DNA from: Octopus bimaculoides
Lineage: Eukaryota
Length of the DNA stretch: 37,536 bases
Reading direction: 5' to 3'
NCBI RefSeq assembly: GCF_001194135.2
Contig: NC_068986.1
Span: 50,251,157 to 50,288,692, forward strand
The notes under the pieces were generated by a model. It made no database searches, had not been told where the DNA came from, and saw only the letters and a program-made list of their open reading frames with translations. The position numbers and the translations under genes were made by a program. Of the stretch, positions 1-12,060 are shown piece after piece (the first letter of the stretch is position 1; every line of letters starts with the position of its first letter).

Positions 1-26
1 ATATACATACTCAAGCATACATATAA

Positions 27-193
27 AGGCACAGGCATGGGTGGGTGGTAAGGAGCATATTTTCCAACCGCATGGTTTCGGGTTCAGTCCCATTGCATGA
101 CACCTTATGCAGTTGTCTTTTACTATAACCCTGAGTTGACCAAATCGTTGTGAGTTGATTTCGTGGACGGAAACTGAAAGAGGCCCGTCGTAT
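27..193 (+). mobile_element. S1 SINE, diverged 5' half (tRNA head + CORE-like segment)
   Basis: Diverged match to the S1 head: ggtttcgggttcagtccc B-box, ...acggaaactgaaagaggcccgtcgtat. Confidence 0.8.
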
Positions 194-232
194 CCAGGTG
201 ATTAAAAATTGTCGGAAGAAGGGCATCCGGGT

Positions 233-500
233 GTCATGACCTTGAAAGTTCCCCTCCAAGGCACAAGTTCAGGCAATGTTGTTTATGGAAGACCAGCAGT
301 CACTCATGCATGACAGTCTCCCCTCTCCATTCCACTTATGTTATCCAAGGGAAAGGCAAAGGGGCCGATACAGCTTGGCACCAGTGACATCGCAACTCAT
401 TTCTACAGCTGTGTGAAGTGGAGCTGTGTGAAATAAAGTGTCCTGGAATCGATCTCGCTACCACATGGTTGTGAGCCCGATGCTCTAATCACTGAGCCAT
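233..500 (-). mobile_element. S4 tRNA-derived SINE, internally deleted
   Basis: Reverse complement matches the copy at 16017-16356 (tggctcagtg A-box; aaatgagttgcgatgtcactggtgccaagctgtatcggcc; ctgctggtcttccataaacaac). Confidence 0.85.
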
Positions 501-596
501 ACGACTTCGCAAAAACATCATGAACAAGAAAAAGAAAGCGAGAGCAAATTGTTATCATATCGGTTTCCATCTTCTTTTGTTCCAGATTCTTGAGTG

Positions 597-722
597 CGTC
601 TGTGTGTGTGTGTGTACTTACGTGCATATATATATATTTATATGTGAATGCATTATATGGGCATATATGCACGCACAAGTATACACACACACACACACAT
701 ATATATATTCTTTTACTCTATG

Positions 723-760
<38 letters not shown>

Positions 761-806
761 TATATGTATATATATATGTGTATATATATGTATGTATATA
801 TATATA

Positions 807-857
<51 letters not shown>

Positions 858-1143
858 ACATATATAAATGTGTATATAAATGCATATATATGTATATATG
901 TTTGTGTATATATGTATATATATATGTGTATATATATGTGTGTTAGTATGCATGTATATATATATATATATACGTATGTTTACATGTATTTATANNNNNN
1001 NNNNATGTACGTATATGTATATCTATCTATCTATCTATATATATATATGTATGTTTGTATATTTATGTGTGTACGCATGTATGTATGTATGAGTGTAATG
1101 TATGTATGTATGCATGTATGTATGTATGCATGTATGCATGTAC
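597..1143. repeat. Compound (TG)n/(TA)n/(TATG)n microsatellite with a 10-N gap (995-1004)
   Basis: Seen directly; source of the spurious Y/I/V/C-rich ORFs. Confidence 0.97.
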
Positions 1144-1589
1144 GAGAGACCTTTAATGTTTTCACTGTGGTTAAAATATTTTATAGCAAGCACTTAGTAC
1201 CAATTTACAGGCAAACATTTCATGCTATTTCGTACATTCTAACTTCCAGCCGCTCTGTGATAGGAGAGGTCGCGATTTAACAGACTGGCGTCATAAAGTA
1301 TTATAGAGACATGCAACGGCGCTTAAATACCATTTTGCAGACGGTCTCTTAATATGGTTTGCAGCTTTATCAGACCCCAGAATACTATTTATAAACGTAA
1401 AACACACAGATATGAACCGTATTAGCATTTTACAGATAGTTGCTACCTAAATAATAATGTACTAGTAGTTTATAAAGTATATATATATATATTTTTATAG
1501 TGTTAGATTCCTAAATATCAATGCAGAAACATGAAGCTATAATACAATCTATTATAAAATGTTATTAGACCAACCAGCTAACTGTGCAA

Positions 1590-1725
1590 GACGGCGAACT
1601 AGCAGACTCATTAGCTTGCCGGGCAAAATGCTTAGCGGCATTTCGTCTGTCTTTACGTTCTGAGTTCAAATTCCACCGCGGTGGACTTTGCTTTTCATCC
1701 TTTCTGGTGGTCGATGAAATGGGTA
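1590..1725 (+). mobile_element. S2 SINE 5' part
   Basis: ggcgaactagcag...aaatgcttagcggcatttcg...gagttcaaattcc...gactttgcttttcatcctttc, matching the copies at 21743 and 32578. Confidence 0.85.
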
Positions 1726-1804
1726 CCACTTGGGTACTACTTCCTACCCCAAAATAGGTACCACTTCCTACCATGAAATGGGTACCACTTCCTACCCTGA
1801 AATT
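1716..1804 (+). repeat. ~24-bp minisatellite, about 3 units (AAATGGGTACCACTTCCTACCATG-like)
   Basis: gaaatgggtaccactt..., aaaataggtaccacttcctaccatg, aaatgggtaccacttcctaccctg in tandem. Confidence 0.85.
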
Positions 1805-1959
1805 GCTGGCCTTGTGCCAAAAGTTGAAACCAATACTGTTCTATGTCCCAAGTTCAAATCCTTCTACAGTTTGTTTTGCATTCCAACCTCTCTAATTGGT
1901 CTTTTGCACGAGGACCTTATTTATATACTTAATGGAGCATAGGTCATAGACGACGTTTT

Positions 1960-2135
1960 CAAGGCCAGCAGTTTTCGGGGATGGATAAGTCAATTGACGT
2001 CGACTCCAGTGCTCGACTGGTACTTATTTCATTCGACCCCGAAAGGATGAAAGCCAAAATCAACCTCAACGGAAGTTGAACAGATGAAATGCTGCGAAGC
2101 ATTTTATCCTGTGTATTAACGATTTTGCCAGCTTG
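1960..2135 (-). mobile_element. S2 SINE, diverged
   Basis: ctggtacttatttcattcgaccccgaaaggatgaaagccaaaatcaacctc is the reverse complement of the S2 central domain. Confidence 0.8.
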
Positions 2136-2180
2136 TTGTCTTAAATTCTTTTTACTATAGGTATAAGGCCAGCAGCTTAC

Positions 2181-2262
2181 AGTCTGCAATTTGTTAATGA
2201 TGATTCTTGGAGCTAATTCTGATTGCAAACATCGAATCAAGTCTTGAAAACCTCGCTGTTTC
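2181..2262 (-). CDS. Candidate coding exon A (82 nt; (R)KQRGFQDLIRCLQSELAPRIIINKLQT)
   Basis: On the minus strand: ctattcatgcag acceptor, gtaagc donor, one open frame, phase 2 to 0, non-repetitive. No homology confirmed. Confidence 0.3.
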
Positions 2263-2906
2263 CTGCATGAATAGATCAGCAAGTCCTACTAGCATGCCTC
2301 TTTACGAAGCTTGTATAAAAGACTATTTTACTCTTTTACAATTGTAAAATATCGATATAACTCATAGTTGAGCAAACAGGGTAGCGGTTAGGTTGTTGCT
2401 TGAGCGGCTAGAAATAATAGTAATACTATGAGAGATAGTGACTGATGAGGAAGATGGCGGCCGTGAGAATATGTAATACTGAATTGAATAATGAATGTCG
2501 TGTCTGGGCTGATGATTGTTGCAAATGCTGCTATTTAACCCCACGTCATCCCCTATTCAGCAGACCTCTTATCAAAGACATTCTAGACATAACCATTCCG
2601 TGTTTAGCCTCAACACAAAGAACCTAGAATCACATTATCCAACGTGTCCTTTATGTGTATGTGCATGCGTGCGCACGTGTTTCGCAAAAAGAGCAGTTTG
2701 TGTGACGAGAGAGTGATTTAGTCGCTATTTCTAGCATGTCGAGCGACCACGTAGAGGCTCTCACATGAAATCTTATTGTTTGTTGATGGGAGTTTACGAT
2801 GGCACTCGTACTTTTACTGATGCCAACGGTTAGTATGTTAATGGTTGGAGCGCTGTCGATGAACGAAGCAGATTTGTGACCGCAATAAAGGTGTTTAGTA
2901 CTGATA

Positions 2907-3293
2907 GTTGTGGTTGGCACTCCGTCGCTTACGACGTCGAGGGTTCCAGTTGATCCGATCAACGGAACAGCCTGCTCGTGAAATTAACGTGCAAGTGGCT
3001 GAGCACTCCACAGACACGTGTACCCTTAGCGTAGTTCTTGGGGATATTCAGTGTGACACAGTGTGACAAGGCTGGCCCTTTGAAATACAGGCACAACGGA
3101 AACAGGAAGTAAGAGTGAGAGAAAGTTGTGGTGGAAGAGTACAGCAGGGTTCGCCACCATCCCCTGCCGGAGCCTCGTGGAACTTTAGGTGTTTTCGCTC
3201 AATAAACACTCGCAACGCCCGGTCTGGGAATCGAAACCGCGATCCTATGACCGCGAGTCCGCTGCCCTAACCACTGGGCCATTGTGCCTCCAC
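2907..3293 (-). mobile_element. S3 tRNA-derived SINE, full length
   Basis: Reverse complement has A-box tggcccagtgg, B-box ggtttcgattccc and an (AAC)-type tail; closely similar to 12527-12824 and 33153-33546. Confidence 0.92.
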
Positions 3294-3639
3294 GGTTGTT
3301 ATAGTAGGGCGTGACAGACAGACAGGCAGGATTAGCCCTGGTTCTATGTATGCTGTACTAATTTTATCTACGGCGTTGTTGGTTATGACTAAGATGTTTG
3401 ATGCGAGTGATAATTATGATGGCATCGGTGTTACAACGGTAGTGATATCAAAACGACGGTTGTGACGGTAGAAAGGATGATTTTTAGAGGTTGGTGATGG
3501 TGTTGTTGGTCTTGTAGTCGTTCTTGCTGTTTTTCGGTGTTATTTGTAGTTGATGATGGTAAACGCGGTGTGGATACAGTCATTAAAAATAGTTGCTACA
3601 CAGCGATTGATGATCTCTGTAATATGGCGTGGCCCTACG

Positions 3640-4260
3640 CTAATCCATCAGCATGGCGGCGGCGATGGTGGTTTGTGGAGGCGGTGTTGGTGGCGGCTGA
3701 TGAGATGAGTGTGGGCTGAGGTAGGATGTGGTTAGCAGCGCTGGTAGTGTAAGCAGTAACAACAACAGCAACAACAACCGAAGCTTCAACAACAATAACG
3801 AAGACAACAAGCAGTAAACAAATTTAGTGATGGATCTTCTATCACACTCGCTCACAATTCTGCGTGTGTATCTGTATGTGTGTGCGTGTCTGTGTGTGTG
3901 TGTGCGTGCGTGTGTCTCTGTGTGTGTGTGTGTGTATCAGTTTCTAGTTTTCTCTGTCAGCCTCTCTGTCTATCTCTATCTATCTATCTAACACACATTC
4001 ATATACACCGGACGCACGCATAGGTGTATGCAAATACACACACACACACACATCTAAGCATGCCCACACATACACACGACATACATGCATACATGCATAC
4101 ATACAACACATACATACATACATACTATATCAATCTATCGCTACTCACAGCCACCACCACCACCACCACCACTACTACTACAGTTACTACTATTACTGCT
4201 GCTGCTGCTGCCACTACTACGACTACTACTACTACTACTACTACGTATCATAAATGGTGA
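3640..4260. repeat. Compound trinucleotide and dinucleotide microsatellites: (GGC/GGT)n, (AAC)n, (TG)n, (CCA)n(CTA)n(CTG)n
   Basis: Seen directly; explains the poly-T/P/L ORFs. Confidence 0.92.
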
Positions 4261-4419
4261 CGTTGGACTGCGGTCCGTCTACTGGCCACCACCACTGACA
4301 CTGCCAGTGAGTGATGCCTAGTAAGTTGGCCTGCAAGCACCGCTGCATACATCTTCACCGAGCTTGTCAGAAATTATTACTTCTATACTAATTGTGTATT
4401 AGCAACAGCAAATGGATTG

Positions 4420-4472
4420 TCGGCTCCCCCCTCTCTCTCTCTCTCCTCTAACTCTTCCCCTCTCTTCTCTCA

Positions 4473-4510
<38 letters not shown>

Positions 4511-5336
4511 CGCTAACTTTATCGCTCCCTTTATTTGTCATCTCTTCCTGTCCCTCTCGCCCTTTCTCGTTCTACCTCTCTCTCTATGTGTGTGTATGTA
4601 TATATATATATAATGTGTGTATGTATCATGTATGTGTGTGTGTATATGTATATATGTGTATGTGTGTATGTATATACTCTTTTTACTCTTTTACTTGTTT
4701 CAGTCAATTGACTGCGGCCATGCTGGAGCACCGCCTTTAAAAAATATGGAACGCTTCACGAATTTGCGTGTCATATATATGTGTGCATATATGTGTGTAT
4801 ATATATATATGTGTGTATATATGTGTGTGTGTATAATGTGTGTATATATATGTGTGTATATATGTGTGTGTGTATATACATATGTGTTTGTGTGTATGTG
4901 TGTAACATATATGACAATCTCTCGGTTTGACACTCACACTCTCTTTATCTTTCTCTGTTTCTCTCTTTTTCCCTCTCTCTTTCTCTCTCACTCTCTCTCC
5001 GAGGAAACCTTTTGTCTCCCAATCTCTANNNNNNNNNNNNNNNNNNNNNNNNNNNNNNNNNNNNNNNNNNNNNNNNNNNNNNNNNNNNNNNNNNNNNNNN
5101 NNNNNNNNNNNNNNNNNNNNNNNNNNNNNNNNNNNNNCCCTCCTTTCCCTCCCCCTCTCAATTAGACACAAATCTTGCAAGACCTTTGCAATGACTTCGT
5201 CTCCGTCTCTCTCACTTTATCTTTGTATTCTGTCATTCTCCTATTCTCTCTCTCTTTCTTTCTCTTTATCTTACTCTCTCACTCCTTCCCTTTATCTCCT
5301 TGTCACCCATTCTTGATCCAGCACTCATGTACGATA

Positions 5337-5370
<34 letters not shown>

Positions 5371-5996
5371 CTTCATTATCACGTTTTCTCTCGCAACCAC
5401 TCTCGCACACACGCCCTCACACACATACTGTGCCTCTCTCCTCTTTCTCCCTCCCCTCTCTTTATCTCTGTCTCCATCTCTCTCTCTCTCTCTCCCACCC
5501 TCGCTCACACAACCTTTCTTTCACTTCCTGTCTCACCTTACCCAGTCTGCGTCCCACTCTCTCCTTTTCTGCCTCCATTTCTCTCTCTCTCTCTCTCTCT
5601 TTCTTCCTCTCCCTCTCTCGTTAATTCCTTTCCTCTCTCCACCTCTCAAGTCAGACATGAGAACACCCACCCAAACACAGTGAGCTACACACACGCACAC
5701 ACACACACACACATACATACATACATACATACATAAATACACACATACACATACACATACATACACACACATACATACATACATATACACATACAAACAC
5801 ACATACATGCATACATACATACAGATACATACACACACACATACATACGTACACACATACATACACACACACACACATACATACACATACACACACATAC
5901 ATGCATGCATACATACATACATACACACACATACATACACACATACATACATACACACACATACATACATACATACAATACACACACACACACACA
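4420..5996. repeat. (CT)n-rich polypyrimidine tracts and (CA)n/(TACA)n arrays, with an S1 tail fragment at ~4675-4740
   Basis: Seen directly. Confidence 0.92.
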
Positions 5997-6861
5997 NNNN
6001 NNNNNNNNNNNNNNNNNNNNNNNNNNNNNNNNNNNNNNNNNNNNNNNNNNNNNNNNNNNNNNNNNNNNNNNNNNNNNNNNNNNNNNNNNNNNNNNNNNNN
6101 NNNNNNNNNNNNNNNNNNNNNNNNNNNNNNNNNNNNNNNNNNNNNNNNNNNNNNNNNNNNNNNNNNNNNNNNNNNNNNNNNNNNNNNNNNNNNNNNNNNN
6201 NNNNNNNNNNNNNNNNNNNNNNNNNNNNNNNNNNNNNNNNNNNNNNNNNNNNNNNNNNNNNNNNNNNNNNNNNNNNNNNNNNNNNNNNNNNNNNNNNNNN
6301 NNNNNNNNNNNNNNNNNNNNNNNNNNNNNNNNNNNNNNNNNNNNNNNNNNNNNNNNNNNNNNNNNNNNNNNNNNNNNNNNNNNNNNNNNNNNNNNNNNNN
6401 NNNNNNNNNNNNNNNNNNNNNNNNNNNNNNNNNNNNNNNNNNNNNNNNNNNNNNNNNNNNNNNNNNNNNNNNNNNNNNNNNNNNNNNNNNNNNNNNNNNN
6501 NNNNNNNNNNNNNNNNNNNNNNNNNNNNNNNNNNNNNNNNNNNNNNNNNNNNNNNNNNNNNNNNNNNNNNNNNNNNNNNNNNNNNNNNNNNNNNNNNNNN
6601 NNNNNNNNNNNNNNNNNNNNNNNNNNNNNNNNNNNNNNNNNNNNNNNNNNNNNNNNNNNNNNNNNNNNNNNNNNNNNNNNNNNNNNNNNNNNNNNNNNNN
6701 NNNNNNNNNNNNNNNNNNNNNNNNNNNNNNNNNNNNNNNNNNNNNNNNNNNNNNNNNNNNNNNNNNNNNNNNNNNNNNNNNNNNNNNNNNNNNNNNNNNN
6801 NNNNNNNNNNNNNNNNNNNNNNNNNNNNNNNNNNNNNNNNNNNNNNNNNNNNNNNNNNNNN
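5997..6861. other. Assembly gap (one of 13: 995-1004, 5029-5137, 5997-6861, 7821-8736, 10167-10176, 10783-10792, 12825-13414, 20222-21143, 23801-23993, 26637-26646, 28376-28949, 32889-33141, 34279-35127)
   Basis: N-runs, mostly bounded by (TA)n or (CA)n. Confidence 1.
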
Positions 6862-7081
6862 CATATATATGTATACGTACGCACACACAAGCACACACAC
6901 ATATATGTATACATACGCGCACACAAGCACACACATATATGTATACAAATATACATACATACACACACATATATATATGTATACGTACGCGCACAAGCAC
7001 ACACATATATATATACATACGCGCACACACACATATGTACACAAATATACATACATACATACATACACACACATATATAAT

Positions 7082-7123
<42 letters not shown>

Positions 7124-7781
7124 TACATATATACATGCTTATATATTAACACTCATATGAACACACATACAGGCATCCACACATACATGAATGAATCTTG
7201 ACACATTTGCACACGGAAAAAACCTTATACGCACTCAACCACAATGTTATATATACCCATACCCATGTTCGCGTCTTCCCTACTTCCCTACATATACATA
7301 GCTCTTTTATCCTAATCTAGATACTGTCAAAACTCCTTTCTCCAAATAGCAATGCTGTTGTTTATTTCATTTTTATTTTATTTTAAAACAATTTTTATTT
7401 ATTTATTTTTTTTGTTATCATTTAGATTTAGTCTTATATTAGTACATTTTTTGTCATTCTGATTCCTCCAGTTGACCACACACTTCCATACTGCCCACTT
7501 TAGTAAAAAAAAAATTGACCATCCATACAACAAATTATACCACAGAAAAATTAACATTCAAACGCCTTCTTTCCAAAGTTTCCTCTGTTTTATATTGTAT
7601 ATCTGTCTAATGCCAAATTCCTTGGTCCAAATAAATATACGCTAATGTTTGTTCACTTGGGAACACAGACGTTTGGTGTTCGTGGCAAAAACGGATTAAA
7701 TGTTATTCAATTATGTAGTTTATTTAGTTATGTCCCATTACGTGTTTCTATTTTTAGTTTTCAAACTCCCGCCAAAATTCG

Positions 7782-7820
<39 letters not shown>

Positions 7821-8736
7821 NNNNNNNNNNNNNNNNNNNNNNNNNNNNNNNNNNNNNNNNNNNNNNNNNNNNNNNNNNNNNNNNNNNNNNNNNNNNNNNN
7901 NNNNNNNNNNNNNNNNNNNNNNNNNNNNNNNNNNNNNNNNNNNNNNNNNNNNNNNNNNNNNNNNNNNNNNNNNNNNNNNNNNNNNNNNNNNNNNNNNNNN
8001 NNNNNNNNNNNNNNNNNNNNNNNNNNNNNNNNNNNNNNNNNNNNNNNNNNNNNNNNNNNNNNNNNNNNNNNNNNNNNNNNNNNNNNNNNNNNNNNNNNNN
8101 NNNNNNNNNNNNNNNNNNNNNNNNNNNNNNNNNNNNNNNNNNNNNNNNNNNNNNNNNNNNNNNNNNNNNNNNNNNNNNNNNNNNNNNNNNNNNNNNNNNN
8201 NNNNNNNNNNNNNNNNNNNNNNNNNNNNNNNNNNNNNNNNNNNNNNNNNNNNNNNNNNNNNNNNNNNNNNNNNNNNNNNNNNNNNNNNNNNNNNNNNNNN
8301 NNNNNNNNNNNNNNNNNNNNNNNNNNNNNNNNNNNNNNNNNNNNNNNNNNNNNNNNNNNNNNNNNNNNNNNNNNNNNNNNNNNNNNNNNNNNNNNNNNNN
8401 NNNNNNNNNNNNNNNNNNNNNNNNNNNNNNNNNNNNNNNNNNNNNNNNNNNNNNNNNNNNNNNNNNNNNNNNNNNNNNNNNNNNNNNNNNNNNNNNNNNN
8501 NNNNNNNNNNNNNNNNNNNNNNNNNNNNNNNNNNNNNNNNNNNNNNNNNNNNNNNNNNNNNNNNNNNNNNNNNNNNNNNNNNNNNNNNNNNNNNNNNNNN
8601 NNNNNNNNNNNNNNNNNNNNNNNNNNNNNNNNNNNNNNNNNNNNNNNNNNNNNNNNNNNNNNNNNNNNNNNNNNNNNNNNNNNNNNNNNNNNNNNNNNNN
8701 NNNNNNNNNNNNNNNNNNNNNNNNNNNNNNNNNNNN

Positions 8737-8764
<28 letters not shown>

Positions 8765-8767
<3 letters not shown>

Positions 8768-9118
8768 TTTAGCTTTTACTTGCGGCCATGCTAAAGCATC
8801 GCCTTAAAGAGTTTTAGTTGAATGAATCGACTCCAGTACTTCTTTTTTTTTAGGCCCAGTGCTTATTCTACCAGTTTCTTTTACCCAACTGATAAGTTAT
8901 GGGAATGCAAATACACCAACACCGGTTGTCAAGTAGTAATGAGGGGGGACAAAGACAGAAAGAAAGACACGCACACACACACACCGTCTACCAAATCCAC
9001 TGTGAAGGCTTTGGTCAGCCCAAGGATTATAGTAGAAGACACTTGCCTAAGTGCCACGCAGTTGGACTGAACCCAGAACCATATGGTTGGGAATCAAGCT
9101 ACTTACCACACAGCCATG
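8765..9118 (-). mobile_element. S1 SINE, diverged with internal deletions
   Basis: gcggccatgct...gtctaccaaatccac...gaagacacttgcctaag...cttaccacacagcc. Confidence 0.88.
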
Positions 9119-9124
9119 TTATGT

Positions 9125-9173
<49 letters not shown>

Positions 9174-9422
9174 TGCGCGCGCGTGTGTTTAAGACAATTC
9201 AAATAATTAAAATAAGGAGAATTATACAACCAGTTTTTATTATTACAATCGTTTATACAGCATTTTAAATTTAAACCTCTGTCCGTCATATGTTTCTGCT
9301 GCATAGATATCTCGCAAAGTTATTTATTTGAATTGTTAGATATACACTCAGTAAACAGTTTATAATCCAACGAAGCGAACTCAAGATTCACGCAACAGAT
9401 GAAATACATTGGGATTGTTTAC

Positions 9423-9502
9423 CTTAAAATATTCCACGTTATCCCATATCTTTCGATGCGGTTAATCAGAACTTGGGTTATACTAGAGTGCTTGAACGGT
9501 AC
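9423..9502 (-). CDS. Candidate coding exon C (80 nt; VPFKHSSITQVLINRIERYGITWNIL(R))
   Basis: AAG|gtaaac donor, open frame, phase 0 to 2 joins exons B and A in frame. The acceptor (caaggcag) follows (AGAT)n with no pyrimidine tract, which is weak. Confidence 0.25.
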
Positions 9503-9544
9503 CTGCCTTGATCGATCTATCTATCTATCTATCTATCTATCTAT

Positions 9545-9720
9545 TCTTTTACTTGTTTCAGTCATTTGACTGCGGCCATGCTGGAGCACCACCTTTAGTC
9601 AAGCAAATCAGCCCCAGGACTTTTGTTGAACCGCTAAGTGACGGGGACGTAAACGCACCAGCAACGGTTGTCAAGCGATGTTGGCGGGAGGACAAACGCA
9701 GACACAAACATATGCATACG
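9545..9720 (-). mobile_element. S1 SINE 3' half
   Basis: cttttacttgtttcagtcatttgactgcggccatgctggagcacc... Confidence 0.9.
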
Positions 9721-9733
9721 CATATATACATAC

Positions 9734-9774
<41 letters not shown>

Positions 9775-9960
9775 CGAGGAGTGTATGAAAAGTTTTGAGG
9801 CTTCAAAGCCTCTGTGCAGGTCGTTCGGCAGAAGTTGAGCACACAGACGTCGTCTTCGACGGGAGAGTCCATCTGACTCTCCTGTCGTGCAGAGTTCTGC
9901 AGTTTCTTGCTGAATAACCTGCACTGATGATTTGTGTATAGTGATTGTGATCAAATTCTT
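9775..9960. mobile_element. Mariner-like TIR fragment inserted at TA in a (TA)n tract
   Basis: TA|CGAGGAGTGTATGAAAAGTTTTGAGGCTT resembles mariner termini (compare 36758). Only a short inverted echo (aagcctc) of a right end is visible. Confidence 0.45.
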
Positions 9961-10120
9961 GTGCTATGCATTATATAGCTCACTCCCTCCATCAAATCGA
10001 CGTTGCCCGAACAGTTGCACCGTATGCCATCAACTCGAAACCGGTAGACTACCATAATATTCTATTCTTTAAAATATATCAATTGTATACATTTTCCTTC
10101 TTTTGTCAAATATTTTTTCA

Positions 10121-10166
<46 letters not shown>

Positions 10167-10176
10167 NNNNNNNNNN

Positions 10177-10214
<38 letters not shown>

Positions 10215-10217
<3 letters not shown>

Positions 10218-10430
10218 TCCAATATGTGACCGCGTGTGCATCGTTGGCGATTTTCTTTCTCTGTCTTCCCTTCTTTGGACTTTTCCTATATTTCTGACGA
10301 AGAGCTCCGCTCGAAACGTTAAATCCTCTTTCTTTTCTTTCCTTTCCTGAGCGTCCAATAACACTGTACTTATTCCACGTCCTCGCGTTGTTGTTTTTTT
10401 CTTGTTTTTTTCTTGCTTGTTCAAGCCTGT
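10215..10430 (+). mobile_element. Penelope-like element terminal-repeat fragment (family P1)
   Basis: T-rich repeat carrying CTGACGAAG...CGAAACGT; related copies at ~35250-35435 and ~36545-36725. Confidence 0.55.
10290..10324 (+). ncRNA. Minimal type-I hammerhead ribozyme-like motif
   Basis: ATTT-CTGACGA-A-GAGC(TCC)GCTC-GAAA-C-GTT-AAAT: core boxes, 4-bp stem II, 4-bp stem I (ATTT/AAAT), loopless palindromic stem III (AACGTT). Confidence 0.5.
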
Positions 10431-10539
10431 ATTGACTATATATATCGCAAATCCCTAATTTTATTTAATTTGCTTTGCGGGAACGAATGTTTTGACGAAG
10501 ACGCATCTTGTCCTAACGTTCGAAATGCGGAGTAGATAA

Positions 10540-10745
10540 AACAGGGGACAACTGATGAAGGGATTGTTCTTTACATTGCCTGTCTCGTTTCTCTATTTGT
10601 TTTCTTTTGTTGTTCGAAAAAAAGTTCGTTTTCCAGGTTTTTGTTTTTTTCATATTGTCCACGTTTTTTTGACGTCCTGTACCCATACATGCATGTGTAT
10701 ATACATATAATATATGTAGGTACGTACATGTATGTAGGTATGTAC
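10540..10745 (+). mobile_element. Interspersed repeat family P2 (possibly Penelope-related)
   Basis: ttgtccacgttttttt..gacgtc.tgtaccc...atgcat...tacatg is shared with 20060-20221 and 23590-23800; ctgatgaagg occurs in two of the copies. Confidence 0.6.
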
Positions 10746-10748
10746 ATG

Positions 10749-10782
<34 letters not shown>

Positions 10783-10792
10783 NNNNNNNNNN

Positions 10793-10828
<36 letters not shown>

Positions 10829-10904
10829 TATTTATATCATCATATATATACATTTTTCATTTTTCATTTCAAAGTTTCAGCTCAGAGCTGCGGCCATGCT
10901 GATT

Positions 10905-11315
10905 ATACTCTTTACTCTTTTACTCTTTTATTTGTTTCAGTCATTTGACTGCGGCCATGCTGGAGCACCGCCTTTAGTCGAGCAAATCGACCCCAGGACT
11001 TATTCTTTGGAAGCCTAGTACTTATTCTATCGGTCTCTTTTTGCCGAACCGCTATGTTACGTGGACCTAAACACATCAGCATCGGTTGTCAAGTGATGTT
11101 GGGAGGACAAACACAGACACACATACATATATATATATATATACATATATACGACGGGCTTCTTTCAGTTTGCGTCTACCAAATCCACTCACAAGGCTTT
11201 GGTTGGCCCGAGGCTATAGTAGAAGACACTTGCCCAAGGTGCCATGCAGTGGGACTGAACCCGGAACCATGTGGTTCGTAAGCAAGCTACTTACCACACA
11301 GCCACTCCTGCGCCT
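10905..11315 (-). mobile_element. S1 SINE, full length (tRNA head, CORE-like segment, internal microsatellite, (AGTAAAAG)n tail)
   Basis: Reverse complement starts aggcgcaggagtggctgtgtgg (A-box), then ggttcagtccc (B-box), gcaccttgggcaagtgtctt (CORE-like) and ends in the tail repeat. Confidence 0.95.
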
Positions 11316-11399
11316 ATATATATTTCTTCATCGCCACCGTTGCTGCCTCCAGCCCCAGTGCTTCCCCTACTATTTCCCCCTCCTTTGTATACTTTTGTA

Positions 11400-12060
11400 A
11401 TCCAACAATACCTTCCTTACTTCTTTTTAACCTTTCTTTCTCTTTACATGTGTGTGTCTCTCACTCTCCCCTCAGTAGCATTCCTTATGTCTATCTCTTT
11501 CTCACTCTCTCTCTCTCTCTCTCTCTCGCTGTAGTTTTCTGTGCCAGTTTTCCCTCCTGTCTTTCGGTCTGTGTGTGTGTGTGTGTGTCTCTCTCTCTCT
11601 CTCTTTCTCGCCGTGTCTTCTCTTACTTTCTCAATGATTTTTCTCTAACTTTGCCTTTCCTTCCTTTCTAACGACTGTTTTCCTATGTCTCTCTACTGCT
11701 CTTTCTCACTCACTCTATCTATCTATCTATCTATCTATCTATATGTATGTGTGTGTTTTCTCTCACTTTCTCAGTCGCTGTTTTCTGACTCTGTCCATCT
11801 CTTCTCGCGCTCTCTCTCTCTCTCTCTATCTATCTTCCTTGTTTATAACAGCTCTGTTTCCCTTCACTCTATGCCTGTCTCCTCTCTCCATCCGTTCACT
11901 TTTCCTATCATTTTCCTCTTACTCCTTCCATTCCTTTCACGCTGTCTCCTGTTTTGTTCTCTTTCCATTGTACTTCCCTTTCCCTCGCACATCTAGTCTT
12001 TCTGCCAGTCTGTCTGTCTGCCTCCCCCTTCTCTCTCTCGTAAATTTCTGCTCTCACGTG
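11400..12060. repeat. Polypyrimidine (CT)n/(CTAT)n low-complexity tract
   Basis: Seen directly. Confidence 0.92.

Noticed and set aside
1330-1447. Minus-strand open stretch VATICKMLIRFISVCFTFINSILGSDKAANHIKRPSAK as a possible next exon after A
   Set aside because: Phase-compatible, but the donor is weak (gtattt) and there is no supporting similarity.
520-7201. Long ORFs rich in Y/I/C/V/H/T or S/L
   Set aside because: They are translations of (TA)n, (TG)n, (CA)n and (CT)n microsatellites.
7470-7501. Plus-strand candidate exon DHTLPYCPL, faintly like the nanos zinc finger
   Set aside because: Too short, weak donor (gtaaaa), and the other CCHC residues are absent.
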